From a candidate division WOR-3 bacterium (lineage in GTDB: Bacteria > Hydrothermota > Tepidihabitantia > Tepidihabitantales > Tepidihabitantaceae): a DNA stretch of 64,000 nt. Made by a program: the position numbers and the translations under genes. Below the pieces are notes generated by a model. The model did no database searches and was not told the DNA's origin. It saw only the letters and a program-made list of their open reading frames with translations. The DNA lies in the NCBI GenBank assembly GCA_965648905.1, contig CBFGIT010000007.1:1-64000 (forward strand), written 5' to 3'. Below, one piece after another: positions 27,394-37,277 of the stretch. The first letter of the stretch is position 1. Every line of letters begins with the position of its first letter.

Positions 27394-27421
27394 TTGACTG
27401 AGCAACACAAGCGCATATAGT
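27394..27421 (+). promoter_or_regulatory. Promoter
   Basis: TTGACT-N16-TATAGT. Confidence 0.65.
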
Positions 27422-27432
27422 AGACTAGGTTC

Positions 27433-28869
27433 ATGGTCCACCTATCCCGACTACTCCCCGTGTTGTCTCTTGTCATCACGGCCGCGTTGCCTGCTCAGCC
27501 GCTGGTGGACACCATTGGCCGCACGACCCGCGACCGGCAGGTCTACGGCCCGGTCCTGCGCTACATCGTCAACGACACACTAAGCGGAATCCACGCGGTC
27601 TGGAAGGACAGCATAGGTGTAATCCGCTACAACTATCGACCCCGACGAGGCACCTGGCGCTGGACTGAAGGCGCGGTCGTCAGCGAATATCCCCGCAACC
27701 TCGGCTGTCTGGACGTTGACGTCTCAAATGGCCGAGCCATGGTCTCCTGTGACTACCTGGCCCGAGGCTTACCGACCATCAGCTTCTTCAAAGATGAGTC
27801 GGCCGGACGGGGACGATTCCACGAGGTCAACGTCGCGACCGGCTTTCGTGAGTGCCTGGTCGGCACGACAACCTACGGTTGGTACAAGTTCATGGCGACG
27901 CGCACCGACTCCCTCTTCTTCCGTGGCGTCCTCGGACGCCAGGCAGTCGGGCCTATCGGCCCGTTCCCAGGCGGCAACCTCGCTGTATCCAAGCAGGTCG
28001 GCCGCTACGGCTGCATCTGGGCGAAGTCTGACACCCCGAACCAGCACAAGCTCTTTCTAAGACAGACTCCGAACAGCGGACAGACCTGGTATGCAACCGA
28101 GTGCCTGTCTGACTCGGTGCCGTCGCCTCTGACGCTATCACTGCTGGGCGCGTGCGCCACTTACGACAGCATCCAGATTCACCTTGTCGCCGACCTCTAT
28201 GACGGCGAGAACGTCAATCGAAGCCAGCTCTGGCACTACTGCCCGTATCTCACACCTGCCTGGAGCCTGGTACACGAGTACGCCTGCCCTGAGTCCATTC
28301 GAATTGGCGAGCTCGCCCTGGCTGCCTGCCGACCCAGCATCGGCATGGACCGCCGCCGTCGCCGGCTCTACGTAGTCTGGGAGCAGTTCGACCCGGCCAA
28401 CATCGAGCCGCTGACCGGGTTGGCGCGGGCCGACATCTGGGCCAGGTGCTCGGACGACAACGGCGTGACGTGGAGCAGTGCGGTCCGACTCACTCAACCG
28501 GACAACACAAGCAAGCGCTTTCCCTGCTTGGCTGAAGTTGTTGACGACACCCTGCACATCCTGTACTTCGCCGACCGTGTTGCCGGCTGCTGGGAACAAG
28601 GCCAGGGCCCGCAGACTGACAACGCCGTCGTCTACCTGAGGAGCGCATGGGCCTGGCCTGGAGCCGTGGGTGAACCCGACCCGACCTCTGCCCGCGTCGT
28701 CAGTACGAGACCTAGCGTCTTGCACTCGAAATCACTCGACCATGACCGGATTGCAGTCTACGACCCTGCTGGTCGCCGGGTTTGGAGACCGACAACGCCG
28801 GGCGTCTATTTCGTCATGAATGAAGCCGACGCGGGCACGCCGATTCAGCGTGTCGTCGTGACCCGCTGA
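27433..28869 (+). CDS. Secreted BNR/Asp-box protein with C-terminal sorting-like domain
   Basis: Signal peptide; 'TPNSGQTW', 'SDDNGVTW'; C-terminal 'VYDPAGRRV...PGVYFV...RVVV'. Confidence 0.8.
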   Translation: MVHLSRLLPVLSLVITAALPAQPLVDTIGRTTRDRQVYGPVLRYIVNDTLSGIHAVWKDSIGVIRYNYRPRRGTWRWTEGAVVSEYPRNLGCLDVDVSNGRAMVSCDYLARGLPTISFFKDESAGRGRFHEVNVATGFRECLVGTTTYGWYKFMATRTDSLFFRGVLGRQAVGPIGPFPGGNLAVSKQVGRYGCIWAKSDTPNQHKLFLRQTPNSGQTWYATECLSDSVPSPLTLSLLGACATYDSIQIHLVADLYDGENVNRSQLWHYCPYLTPAWSLVHEYACPESIRIGELALAACRPSIGMDRRRRRLYVVWEQFDPANIEPLTGLARADIWARCSDDNGVTWSSAVRLTQPDNTSKRFPCLAEVVDDTLHILYFADRVAGCWEQGQGPQTDNAVVYLRSAWAWPGAVGEPDPTSARVVSTRPSVLHSKSLDHDRIAVYDPAGRRVWRPTTPGVYFVMNEADAGTPIQRVVVTR

Positions 28870-28905
28870 CCCCGCGACGACACTGCGTCCTCGGCTCTGC
28901 TTTCG

Positions 28906-28933
28906 TTGACAGCCCGGCGATTGCCGCTATGCT
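28906..28933 (+). promoter_or_regulatory. rpmB promoter
   Basis: TTGACA-N16-TATGCT. Confidence 0.7.
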
Positions 28934-28962
28934 CTGCCCACCAACCAAGCTAAGGAGTCAAA

Positions 28963-29151
28963 TTGGCAAAGCACTGTGAAGTCTGCGGCAAAGTCGGTGC
29001 CATCGGTTCGAACATCAGCCATGCCCACAACGTGACCAAACGCACCTGGGAACCAAACCTGCAGCGCGTGCGGGTCAAGCAGGACTCGACCTCACGCCGC
29101 ATCTGGGTGTGCACCCGATGCCTTCGCTCAGGCAAGGTCACCAAGGCATGA
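28963..29151 (+). CDS. rpmB: 50S ribosomal protein bL28 (Cys/Zn type)
   Basis: 'CEVCGK....G.NISHAHN.TKR.W.PNLQ...CTRCLRSG'; TAAGGAG RBS, TTG start. Confidence 0.97.
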   Translation: MAKHCEVCGKVGAIGSNISHAHNVTKRTWEPNLQRVRVKQDSTSRRIWVCTRCLRSGKVTKA

Positions 29152-29193
29152 GACAGCAGCATCTCCTGTAACCGACCACCATCTGGAGCGGAC

Positions 29194-30147
29194 ATGAAGT
29201 GTCTTATTACCGGCATCACCGGGTTCGCCGGCAGCCACCTCGCCGAGTACCTGCTCAGCCGAGGCGACTGCGAGGTCCATGGCACGGCGCGCTGGCGTGC
29301 CCGGACCGAGAACATTGACCTCATCCGCGGTCGCATCCATCTGCATCAGTGCGACATCCGCGACGCGACCGCAATGCACCACCTCATCCGTGACCTGCGA
29401 CCAGACCGTGTCTACCACCTTGCGGCCCAGAGTTTCGTACCCATGTCCTGGGTCGCACCGGCCGAGACCCTTACCACCAACATCATCGGCCAGACGAACC
29501 TCTTCGAGGCCGTCCGAGCTGCCGACTGCGACTGCCGGATTCAACTGGCCGGCTCAAGTGAAGAATACGGCATGGTCCGGCCCGAAGAGGCCCCCATCAA
29601 AGAAACTAACCCACTCCGTCCTCTGAGTCCGTATGGCGTGAGCAAAGTCGCCCAGGACCTGATGGGCTACCAGTACCACCAGAGCTACGGCATGTTCATC
29701 GTTCGGACGCGCGGATTCAACCACACCGGCCCGCGCCGTGGAGATGTCTTCGTCACCTCCAACTTCGCACGCCAGATCGCCGAGATTGAACGCGGGCAGC
29801 GTCCTCCGGTCATCTACGTCGGCAACCTCGATGCGGTACGCGACTTCACCGACGTGCGCGACACGGTCGTCGCGTACTGCCTGGCACTGGAAAAAGGCCA
29901 GCCGGGCGAAGTATACAACGTCGCCACTGGCAGAGGCTGGAAGATTCGCGAAGTGCTTGACCTGCTCCTCAGCCTGGCCAAGGTCAAGGTCAAAGTCGAG
30001 CAGGACCCCAAACGCCTGCGGCCGAGCGATGTCGAACTGCTGCTCGGCGACCCGACCAAGCTCAAGAACCAGACCGGCTGGGAACCCAAGTACCAGTTCG
30101 AGCAGACCATGAAGGACCTGCTCGACTACTGGCGTGCCCGGGTCTGA
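29194..30147 (+). CDS. gmd: GDP-mannose 4,6-dehydratase family SDR
   Basis: 'ITGITGFAGSHL', 'HLAAQS.V', 'SSEEYG', 'SPYGVSK', 'FNH.GPRRG', 'LRPSDV.LL.GD'. Confidence 0.8.
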   Translation: MKCLITGITGFAGSHLAEYLLSRGDCEVHGTARWRARTENIDLIRGRIHLHQCDIRDATAMHHLIRDLRPDRVYHLAAQSFVPMSWVAPAETLTTNIIGQTNLFEAVRAADCDCRIQLAGSSEEYGMVRPEEAPIKETNPLRPLSPYGVSKVAQDLMGYQYHQSYGMFIVRTRGFNHTGPRRGDVFVTSNFARQIAEIERGQRPPVIYVGNLDAVRDFTDVRDTVVAYCLALEKGQPGEVYNVATGRGWKIREVLDLLLSLAKVKVKVEQDPKRLRPSDVELLLGDPTKLKNQTGWEPKYQFEQTMKDLLDYWRARV

Positions 30148-30183
30148 GCGCTTTCTAGCTCTGGTCGTGGTAGACAACCGGGT

Positions 30184-31113
30184 ATGAGTCAGGTTCTCAT
30201 CACCGGCATCGAGGGCTTTGTCGGCGCCCATCTGGCACGCCGTCTTGCCGCGGACGGACATGCCGTGTTCGGCCTGCACTGGGCCGAACCCAAGGAGCAG
30301 CTACCGGCCGATCTCTACCAGGGCAACGTCTGCGACTTCGAGAACACCAGGTCCCTGCTCAGCCAGACCCGGCCGGACAGTATCATTCACCTAGCCGGCC
30401 TCAGTTCGGTTGCCGCGTCCGAGACTCATACTCTCGCCACCTACGACGTCAACGCGTTGGGAACGCTCAAACTGCTTGAGGCGGTGCGCCAGCTCGGTCT
30501 TCAGTGCCGCGTCGTGCTCATCTCATCGGCCGACGTCTACGGTCGCTCCAATGTCGGTCGACCACTGACTGAAGACGACCCGCCTCTGCCCTTGAGCCCT
30601 TACGCGCTGAGCAAACTGATGACCGGCGAAGCCGGCCGATTCTTCCACCGCACTTATGGCATGGACGTGGTCATCCTTCGCCCATTCAGCCACACCGGTC
30701 CCGGACAGGCTGCGGACTTCATCTTCCCCAAGGTCGCCAGCGGCATCGCCGACATCGAACGCGGCCGACGCGAACCAGTGATTGAAATGGGTAACCTCGA
30801 TGTCAGGCGTGACTACACTGACGTGCGGGACGTGGTTCGCGCCTACTCCCTTGCCCTGAATCGCTGCACGGCCGGCGAGTCCTACAACGTCACGTCAGGC
30901 AGGCCGGTCGTCCTCTGCGACGGCGTCAACACCCTGGTTCGGATGGCCCGTGTGCCGGTCACAGTCAAGAGCTCGCCTGCCCGGTTCCGACCGCACGACA
31001 TCCCGGTCCTCACCGGTGACCCGACCAAGTTCCACCAGGCCACTGGCTGGCAACCCGAGATTCCCTTCGACCAGACCTTGCGCGACCTGCTCGAATACTA
31101 CCGGTCAAGATAG
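30184..31113 (+). CDS. GDP-4-keto-6-deoxymannose reductase (Rmd)-like SDR
   Basis: 'ITG..GFVG.HL', 'SSADVYG', 'SPYALSK', 'RPF.H.GPGQ', 'GNLDV.RD'. Confidence 0.75.
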   Translation: MSQVLITGIEGFVGAHLARRLAADGHAVFGLHWAEPKEQLPADLYQGNVCDFENTRSLLSQTRPDSIIHLAGLSSVAASETHTLATYDVNALGTLKLLEAVRQLGLQCRVVLISSADVYGRSNVGRPLTEDDPPLPLSPYALSKLMTGEAGRFFHRTYGMDVVILRPFSHTGPGQAADFIFPKVASGIADIERGRREPVIEMGNLDVRRDYTDVRDVVRAYSLALNRCTAGESYNVTSGRPVVLCDGVNTLVRMARVPVTVKSSPARFRPHDIPVLTGDPTKFHQATGWQPEIPFDQTLRDLLEYYRSR

Positions 31114-31146
31114 CTGGAGGCAGACGCTTCCAACCTGTTCTCGACA

Positions 31147-31998
31147 ATGAAACTCAGCATCGTCATCGTTACCTGGAACAGCGCCGCGGACATCGAGGCG
31201 TGCATCGACTCAATCAACTCCGAGCATCAGTTCGAGACAATCGTCGTTGACAACTCCTCAACCGACGAGACCTTGGACAAGCTCGGCCGATACCACCACC
31301 TCAAGGTCATCAAGAACAATACCAACACCGGTTATGCCCATGCCAACAACCAGGGTATCGAGCGCGCGGCGGGCGACTACGTCCTGCTGCTTAATCCTGA
31401 TACCCGGGTCGAACTCGGTGCACTCGATGTCCTCGCTGGTTTTCTCGACGCCCACCCGGAAGTCGCTGCGGTCGCGCCGCGCCTGGTCAACCCGGATGGT
31501 TCAACCCAAGACTCAATCCGCTCCCTGCCGACTGCGGGCACGGTGCTGGCCGAAGTCCTGGGGCTCTCGCGCCTGTTCTCCAAGAGCCGTGCGCTCGGCC
31601 GTTGGCGGATGCGTCACTTCGACTACGAACACCCGACACCAGTCGAGCAGCCGATGGCCTCGTGTCTGATGTTCCGCCGGACCGTGTTCGAAACGCTGGG
31701 CGGGTTTGACGAGCGATTCCCCTTTCTCTATAACGACGTTGACCTCTCCAGGCGGATGGCAGATGCCGGTCTGAAGACCATGTACCTGCCGGCTGCACGG
31801 GTGGTGCACAAGCGTGGTTCCAGCACCTCCAAAGTCAGGGTCAAGATGATATGGGAGACGCACCGCTCTTTGTTCCGCTACCTGGCAAAGCACGACCGGT
31901 CCGGCCTGTTCCCGCTCAAGGCGGTGGTCCTTCTGCCCCTGCTCGAACTCGCTGCCCTCATCCGTGTCCTTTCGCTCAGGCTGCACCGGCGAGACTAG
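31147..31998 (+). CDS. GT2 glycosyltransferase (WbbL/rhamnosyltransferase-like)
   Basis: 'VVDNSS.D', 'N.GYA.ANN', 'LLLNPD', 'GGFDE.F....DVDL'. Confidence 0.88.
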   Translation: MKLSIVIVTWNSAADIEACIDSINSEHQFETIVVDNSSTDETLDKLGRYHHLKVIKNNTNTGYAHANNQGIERAAGDYVLLLNPDTRVELGALDVLAGFLDAHPEVAAVAPRLVNPDGSTQDSIRSLPTAGTVLAEVLGLSRLFSKSRALGRWRMRHFDYEHPTPVEQPMASCLMFRRTVFETLGGFDERFPFLYNDVDLSRRMADAGLKTMYLPAARVVHKRGSSTSKVRVKMIWETHRSLFRYLAKHDRSGLFPLKAVVLLPLLELAALIRVLSLRLHRRD

Positions 31999-32199
31999 CC
32001 GGCAGCCTCCCGAGCTTCATCTCCCGTCAAGACCGCGGTCGAAGCGCTGACCGTATCAGTCGCCCGTGAGGCAGGCGAAGAGCGGCGTGCGCCCCTTCGC
32101 TTGCGGCCTGCGCTTCAGGCGCCAACTGACAGACTGCGCCTTGGCTAAGCTCCGGGCCGTTGGGTATCTAGCCTAAGTCGCGTATTCCTAAGACGTAGT

Positions 32200-32499
32200 C
32201 CCACAAGCAGCGTCCCGAGACTGCCCTTGACTCCGGTGTCGGGAGCGACTCCGGGAATCACTCCCCCTGTCAGGCCTGCGAGCAAGCGCCAAGGCGCGTC
32301 TGCTGCGGGTTCAACCCGCAGTCTGGCCAACGCGCACGCGAACGAGATGCGGGCCACGCAGAATGGCAGGGCGGTCAGCAAACGCTTGAGCAGACGGGGT
32401 TGCAGGTTCGCGGGCGCGCCCAATTACGTGCTGGAATCCGGGCCTGAGGCCGGAACCGAGAACGAGTATCAGAGCAACACCGGAACCGAAACACAAGTC
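32200..32499. repeat. Degenerate 12-bp periodic array
   Basis: From 32248, 20 of 21 dodecamers end in C and all 21 begin with a purine. Confidence 0.8.
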
Positions 32500-32619
32500 A
32501 ATCGCTGTCGATTACCCGGCCGCGGTTGCTGCGCCCTCCCAGGTCGCCAGGAACTGCGGCCCGAGACTCCGGTACTCCACGACACCATCGCCGTGCGGTC
32601 GCCGAGGCAACGCGGACTG

Positions 32620-32647
32620 TTGACCATGGACCAAACCTTGGTAAGAT
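32620..32647 (+). promoter_or_regulatory. Promoter
   Basis: TTGACC-N16-TAAGAT. Confidence 0.55.
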
Positions 32648-32666
32648 TTGCTCCCCACTGACATCG

Positions 32667-33158
32667 ATGCGAACCGTCCTAATCCTGTGCTGCTTTGTGC
32701 TGAGCTTCTCTGAAGCTGAGCCCGGCTATGTCTCCATTACCGCCGATTCGATGCCGGCCGAGGTCTACCTCGACGCTACGACGGTCTTGCTCGAACACGG
32801 ACCGGTCGTGGTCGAGGCAGCGCCGGGCAAGCACTTCGTCAGCCTGTTTCCGCCGGCAAAGGTCTATCAGGCAGCTTATGACCATGCGCCTGAGCACTTC
32901 TGGGAAAAGCTGCGCGGCCTCGGGGCTGTGCCGGACCGTCCCCGGCTCCTGTCGAGCTATGAAGCCGGATCGATTCGAGCCGGAACCCAATGGGTCTATG
33001 TCACGCCCGAGGATACGACCCCGGTCAGTTTGTCCCGGGCCGAAGTTAGAAGAATCTACCAGCGTGACGCCGGCTGCGTGATGCGCACCTTCTTGGGCTG
33101 GGCCGTCCTGGTTGGGGCCGCGATGATCGCCAGCGTCATGCTGGCGACGCTCGGCTAG
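32667..33158 (+). CDS. Hypothetical exported protein with C-terminal membrane anchor (PEGA-like start)
   Basis: Signal peptide MRTVLILCC..., 'G.VSI......AEVYLD......PG.H', C-terminal TM helix. Confidence 0.65.
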   Translation: MRTVLILCCFVLSFSEAEPGYVSITADSMPAEVYLDATTVLLEHGPVVVEAAPGKHFVSLFPPAKVYQAAYDHAPEHFWEKLRGLGAVPDRPRLLSSYEAGSIRAGTQWVYVTPEDTTPVSLSRAEVRRIYQRDAGCVMRTFLGWAVLVGAAMIASVMLATLG

Positions 33159-33200
33159 CCGCAGCCTCCTGACTCCAGCCGCCACCGTCCGGGTTTGCGA

Positions 33201-33227
33201 ACAAGAAAGCGGCGGTTGTCCGCCGCT
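33201..33227 (-). terminator. Terminator after tRNA-Glu and the r-protein operon
   Basis: Minus strand AGCGGCGG-ACAA-CCGCCGCT-TTCTTGT. Confidence 0.7.
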
Positions 33228-33230
33228 GGA

Positions 33231-33305
33231 TAGCCCCATGGGGATTTGAACCCCAGTCTTCTGGCTGAGAACCAGATGTCCTGGGCCAGGCTAGACGATG
33301 GGGCC
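33231..33305 (-). tRNA. tRNA-Glu(CTC)
   Basis: GGCCCCATCGTCTAGCCTGGCCCAGGACA-TCTGG-TTCTCAG-CCAGA...GGTTCAAATCC...TGGGGCTA. Confidence 0.95.
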
Positions 33306-33365
33306 GCTCAAGAAACTGTCACGAATCAGGACGTCGCCGTTGGGACCAGAGGCCACCGGGCGCGG

Positions 33366-33935
33366 CTAGGCTTGAGTGCCGGCCGCCCGCTTGCCGGCCT
33401 TCTTCCTGACCCGCTCGCCTCGATAACGCACGCCCTTGCCCCGATACACATCCGGGGGCTTGATTGCCCGAATCTCCGCGGCAACCTCGCCCACTGCCTG
33501 CCGGCTTATGCCCTTGACGGTAATCTCGAACATCTGTTCCTTGGTATCGTCCGGATTCGGCACCTGATTCACTTCAAAGGTGATGCCGCCAAGGGTCGGG
33601 AAGTTGACCGGATGGGAGTAGCCACAAGAGACCTGAATGCCTTCCTTGGTCTTCTGGACACGGTAACCCATACCGCGCACCTCGACCGTCTTCTCAAATC
33701 CCCGGGCCACCCCGGCAAATGCGTTCAGGATGTTAGCCCGGGCCGAGCCGACGTGACACTGCGCCCGGTCATCGCTCCCTTGCACTGTCACCCTGCCGCT
33801 CTCAATCGTGACCATTACGTCAGATCGAAGTGGAATCTCGATCGTCCCGAGTTTGCCTTTGACCGTCAGAGCCCCTCGCTGGACGCTGACTTCCACACCG
33901 GCCGGTATCACAAGCGGACGATAAGTCTTTGCCAT
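33366..33935 (-). CDS. rplF: 50S ribosomal protein uL6
   Basis: 'VKGKLG', 'GYSHPV', 'PPDVYRGKGVRY..E.VRKKAGK'. Confidence 0.95.
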   Translation of the reverse strand: MAKTYRPLVIPAGVEVSVQRGALTVKGKLGTIEIPLRSDVMVTIESGRVTVQGSDDRAQCHVGSARANILNAFAGVARGFEKTVEVRGMGYRVQKTKEGIQVSCGYSHPVNFPTLGGITFEVNQVPNPDDTKEQMFEITVKGISRQAVGEVAAEIRAIKPPDVYRGKGVRYRGERVRKKAGKRAAGTQA

Positions 33936-33937
33936 TG

Positions 33938-34327
33938 CTACCAGACCCTGCAGAGTACTTCACCGCCGACCCGCTTGCGCCGGGCCTCGCGGTCGGTGAT
34001 AACACCCCGTGGTGTCGAGACGATCGCCACACCCAGACCACCGATTACCCGGGGAACCTCGTCGGCGCCAACGTAGACCCGCCGACTCTGCCGCGAGACC
34101 AGCTCAAGGCCACGGATGACCGACGCGCCGCCGTCTTCGTACTTCAGCGTGATGATGAGCCGACGGCCGGTTCCCTCACCGTCGACCTGGAAATTGCTGA
34201 CAAAGCCCTCTTCCATCAGCACACGCGCAACCTCGTACTTGAGGCGCGAGAACGGAACGACGACTTCCTTCTGCCGGCTGCGCAAACCGTTCCTGATCCG
34301 GGTCAGGAAATCAGCGAACGTGTCCAA
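33938..34327 (-). CDS. rpsH: 30S ribosomal protein uS8
   Basis: 'D..ADFLTRIRN', 'GLG.AI.ST..G', 'VGGEVLC.VW'. Confidence 0.97.
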   Translation of the reverse strand: MDTFADFLTRIRNGLRSRQKEVVVPFSRLKYEVARVLMEEGFVSNFQVDGEGTGRRLIITLKYEDGGASVIRGLELVSRQSRRVYVGADEVPRVIGGLGVAIVSTPRGVITDREARRKRVGGEVLCRVW

Positions 34328-34339
34328 TCCTGCTCCTCA

Positions 34340-34525
34340 CTACCAAGTCGCCTTGCGCACACCCGGAATCTCACCCCGCAGCGCCAGCTCGCGGAAGCAG
34401 AGCCGGCACAGGGCAAACTTGCGGTAGACCGCCCGGCTCCGGTAACACCGCTGACATCGGTTGTGCCGGCGCACGGGGAACTTGGGTGTACGCTGGGCCT
34501 TCACAATCCAGCATCGTCGTGCCAT
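34340..34525 (-). CDS. rpsZ: 30S ribosomal protein uS14 (61-aa Zn type)
   Basis: 'NRC..C...R......LCR.CFRE.A..G.IPGV.K..W'. Confidence 0.97.
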   Translation of the reverse strand: MARRCWIVKAQRTPKFPVRRHNRCQRCYRSRAVYRKFALCRLCFRELALRGEIPGVRKATW

Positions 34526-34527
34526 CG

Positions 34528-35079
34528 CTACTTCTCCCGACGGAACGGCAGCCCCAGCTCCTCAAGCAGCGCTCGGGCCTCGTCGTCGTGCCGTGCCGAC
34601 GTCTGAAAAGTTATGTTCATGCCAAAAACCTTCTTCACTTTCGATACCTCAACCTCCGGGAAAACAACCTGCTCCTGGAGTCCCAGGCTGTAGCCGCCTC
34701 GACCGTCGAACGCATCCGCCGAGAAACCCCGGAAGTCTCGAATCTGAGGAGCCGCGAAATTGAAGAACCGGTCAATGAACTCGTACATCCGGTCGCCGCG
34801 CAGTGTCACCTTCAATCCAATCGGCATTCCCTGCCGGATCTTGAAGGCCGAAATTGCCCGTTTCGCATGGGTACGCAGCGGCTTCTGCCCGGTGACCGCG
34901 CCGATGTCGTCGGCCATCGAGTCCAGCACCTTGGCGTCGGCCACGGCATCCTTGGTCGTCACATTGACAACGACCTTCTCCAGCCGTGGCACCTGATGGA
35001 CGTTCCGATAGCCGAAACGCTTGATCAACGCCGGCACGATCCGTTTTCGGTAGTCCTGTTTCAGTCGTGGTTCGCTCAT
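34528..35079 (-). CDS. rplE: 50S ribosomal protein uL5
   Basis: '[10 protein letters not shown]', 'GQKP', 'KVTLRG.RMYEF', 'RDFRG'. Confidence 0.97.
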   Translation of the reverse strand: MSEPRLKQDYRKRIVPALIKRFGYRNVHQVPRLEKVVVNVTTKDAVADAKVLDSMADDIGAVTGQKPLRTHAKRAISAFKIRQGMPIGLKVTLRGDRMYEFIDRFFNFAAPQIRDFRGFSADAFDGRGGYSLGLQEQVVFPEVEVSKVKKVFGMNITFQTSARHDDEARALLEELGLPFRREK

Positions 35080-35399
35080 GCGTCGATTATCTCGTCACAC
35101 TGTCGACAGATTCGAACGTATCTGCCCTCGTGTGGTTCACGTCGGACTCTGGTCTTCTTGCCGCACTTCGGGCACAGCAACATGACGTTCGAAGCATCAA
35201 TCGCGTTGGGCAGGTCCACTATCCCGCCCGGTTTACCCGCACCCCGGGTCCGCTGGTGCTTCTTGGCGAGCATCAGACCTTCAACAATGACCCGGGTGAT
35301 GCCGGTCTTGCGCGACCTGGTAACACGGAGTATCTTGCCGCGTCGCCCGCGCTCCTCGCCGGTTATCGCCTCAACAAGGTCGCCCTTTCGCAGATTCAT
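35076..35399 (-). CDS. rplX: 50S ribosomal protein uL24
   Basis: KOW 'KGD.V..ITG...G..GK', 'GGI......I.ASNV'. Confidence 0.95.
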   Translation of the reverse strand: MNLRKGDLVEAITGEERGRRGKILRVTRSRKTGITRVIVEGLMLAKKHQRTRGAGKPGGIVDLPNAIDASNVMLLCPKCGKKTRVRREPHEGRYVRICRQCDEIIDA

Positions 35400-35768
35400 C
35401 TAGACAACCTCCGCGGCCAGCGAGGCAATCTTCATGAACTTCCGCTCGCGCAACTCGCGTGCGACCGGACCGAACACACGCGTGCCCTTAGGCTCGCCCT
35501 TGTCGTCCACCAGCACGCACGCATTGTCGTCAAACCGGACGTACGTGCCGTCCGGACGCCGATGCTCCTTGCGCGTCCGCACGACCACCGCCTTCGACTT
35601 ATCGCCCGACTTGATTGGCCCGTTGGGGATGGCATCCTTGATTGCCACCAGCACCGTGTCGCCCAGCCAGCCGAAGCGCCGGTGCGAACCACCGTAGACC
35701 TTGATGACCATCGCCACGCGGGCACCGGAATTGTCGGCCACAGTCAAACGGCTGTATTCCTGAATCAT
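35400..35768 (-). CDS. rplN: 50S ribosomal protein uL14
   Basis: 'MIQ..S.L.VADNSGA', '[13 protein letters not shown]'. Confidence 0.98.
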   Translation of the reverse strand: MIQEYSRLTVADNSGARVAMVIKVYGGSHRRFGWLGDTVLVAIKDAIPNGPIKSGDKSKAVVVRTRKEHRRPDGTYVRFDDNACVLVDDKGEPKGTRVFGPVARELRERKFMKIASLAAEVV

Positions 35769-36004
35769 GTTCGCTTCACCACTCGCCAGCGCTTCAGTCT
35801 CGAAAGCGGCCTGGTCTCGGAGAGCACCACCCGGTCACCGGGCTGGCACTCGTCCTTCTCGTCATGGGCGTAGAGCTTGGTCCGCTGCCGGACATACTTC
35901 TTGTACTTCGGATGCAGCACCAGCCGCTCGACCGCCACGACCACCGTCTTCTGCATCTTGGCCGACAGGACAACCCCGGTAATCTGACGGCTGGCCCGGT
36001 TCAT
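35765..36004 (-). CDS. rpsQ: 30S ribosomal protein uS17
   Basis: 'G.V.S.KM.KTVVV.VE...HPKY.K', 'ETRPLS..KRW'; ATG at 36004. Confidence 0.97.
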   Translation of the reverse strand: MNRASRQITGVVLSAKMQKTVVVAVERLVLHPKYKKYVRQRTKLYAHDEKDECQPGDRVVLSETRPLSRLKRWRVVKRT

Positions 36005-36222
36005 GAAGTCCGCTCCTGGGCCGATTCCGACGCCGCCTGTTTCTTGTCCGCAAGCACGGTAATACATCGGGCGACGTCCCGACGCAGCATGCGCAGGCGC
36101 AGCGGGTTAGGCAGCGACTCACCCGCCCGACGCAGCCTGAGCTTAAGCAACTCATCACGCAGCTCGGCCAGTCGCCGGGTCAACTCTTCACTGCTCATCT
36201 CTCGCAGGTCAGAAGCCTTCAC
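36001..36222 (-). CDS. rpmC: 50S ribosomal protein uL29
   Basis: 'MKA..LR..S.EEL...L..L..EL..LR', 'NP...R..RR.VAR..T'. Confidence 0.95.
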   Translation of the reverse strand: MKASDLREMSSEELTRRLAELRDELLKLRLRRAGESLPNPLRLRMLRRDVARCITVLADKKQAASESAQERTS

Positions 36223-36637
36223 AGGTCATCTCCTCGCGTTCGACCATTCTGGTCCGACACGGCATCTTCGAGCCGGCCAGACGCAGGGCAGCGACCGCCT
36301 CATTGGACGGCAGCCCGCCGAGCTCGAACATCACGGTACCCGGCTTGACGACCGCCACCCAGAACTCAGGCGTGCCCTTGCCCTTACCCATGCGTGACTC
36401 AGCCGCCTTCTTCGAAACCGGCTTGTCCGGGAAAATCCGTATCCACAGCTTGCCGGTTCGTTTCAGCGACTTGGACAGACAGATGCGTGCCGCCTCAATC
36501 TGGCGGGCCGTCACCCAGCACGGCTCGAGCGCCATCAAGCCGTGCTCGCCAAAGTCAACACGGTTGGCCCGCGTCGCCTTGCCCTTCATTCGACCGCGCT
36601 GGGCCCGCCGGTACTTGACCCGCTTCGGCATCAACAT
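36209..36637 (-). CDS. rplP: 50S ribosomal protein uL16
   Basis: '[11 protein letters not shown]', 'RQIEAAR', 'RMGKGKG'. Confidence 0.98.
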   Translation of the reverse strand: MLMPKRVKYRRAQRGRMKGKATRANRVDFGEHGLMALEPCWVTARQIEAARICLSKSLKRTGKLWIRIFPDKPVSKKAAESRMGKGKGTPEFWVAVVKPGTVMFELGGLPSNEAVAALRLAGSKMPCRTRMVEREEMTCEGF

Positions 36638-36640
36638 CGT

Positions 36641-37276
36641 CTACCTCGCTGTGGGCGCGATCTCGCCCTTGAAAATCCATACCTTGACGCCGCAAGTGCC
36701 CGCAATCGTCTTTGCAACGTCCACCGCATAGTCAACGTCGGCACGCAGCGTGTGGAGCGGCACGCGGCCTTCGCGGTACCATTCCGACCGTGCGATTTCC
36801 GCTCCACCCAGGCGACCGGCAACCATCACCTTGATGCCCTGAGCACCAAGCCGCAGGGCCTGGGTAACAGCCCGCTTCATCGCTCGACGATGAGCCACGC
36901 GCTGCTCAAGCTGACGGGCAATCGACTGCGCGACCAGTCGCGCCTCAAGCTCCGGCACCCGCACGACCTCGACCATGATCTGAACGTCGCGACCGATCAA
37001 TCGCTTCATCTCCTCACGCAGATTGTCGAGCGCCTGACGCCGTGTGCCGAAGACCATCCCCGGTCGGGCCGTGAAGATCGTAACGGTCGTGCGATTGGCG
37101 ACCCGTTTGATCTGGATGTCGGACACCATCGCGTCGGCGAGCTTGGCCTCAATGTAGCGCCTGATTCGCAGGTCCTCGTGCAGATACTCGACGAACTTCT
37201 TCTTCTCGAACCAGGCCGACTTCCAGTTCTTGGTAATACCCAGACGGAAGCCGAGCGGGTGCGTCTTCTGACCCAT
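36641..37276 (-). CDS. rpsC: 30S ribosomal protein uS3
   Basis: 'MGQK.HP.GFRLG', '[11 protein letters not shown]', 'VPLHTLRA'. Confidence 0.98.
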   Translation of the reverse strand: MGQKTHPLGFRLGITKNWKSAWFEKKKFVEYLHEDLRIRRYIEAKLADAMVSDIQIKRVANRTTVTIFTARPGMVFGTRRQALDNLREEMKRLIGRDVQIMVEVVRVPELEARLVAQSIARQLEQRVAHRRAMKRAVTQALRLGAQGIKVMVAGRLGGAEIARSEWYREGRVPLHTLRADVDYAVDVAKTIAGTCGVKVWIFKGEIAPTAR

Positions 37277-37277
37277 C

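Noticed and set aside
32227..32661. 144-aa ORF and other short ORFs over 32000-32660
   Set aside because: No recognisable motifs or RBS; coincides with the dodecamer array and a promoter.
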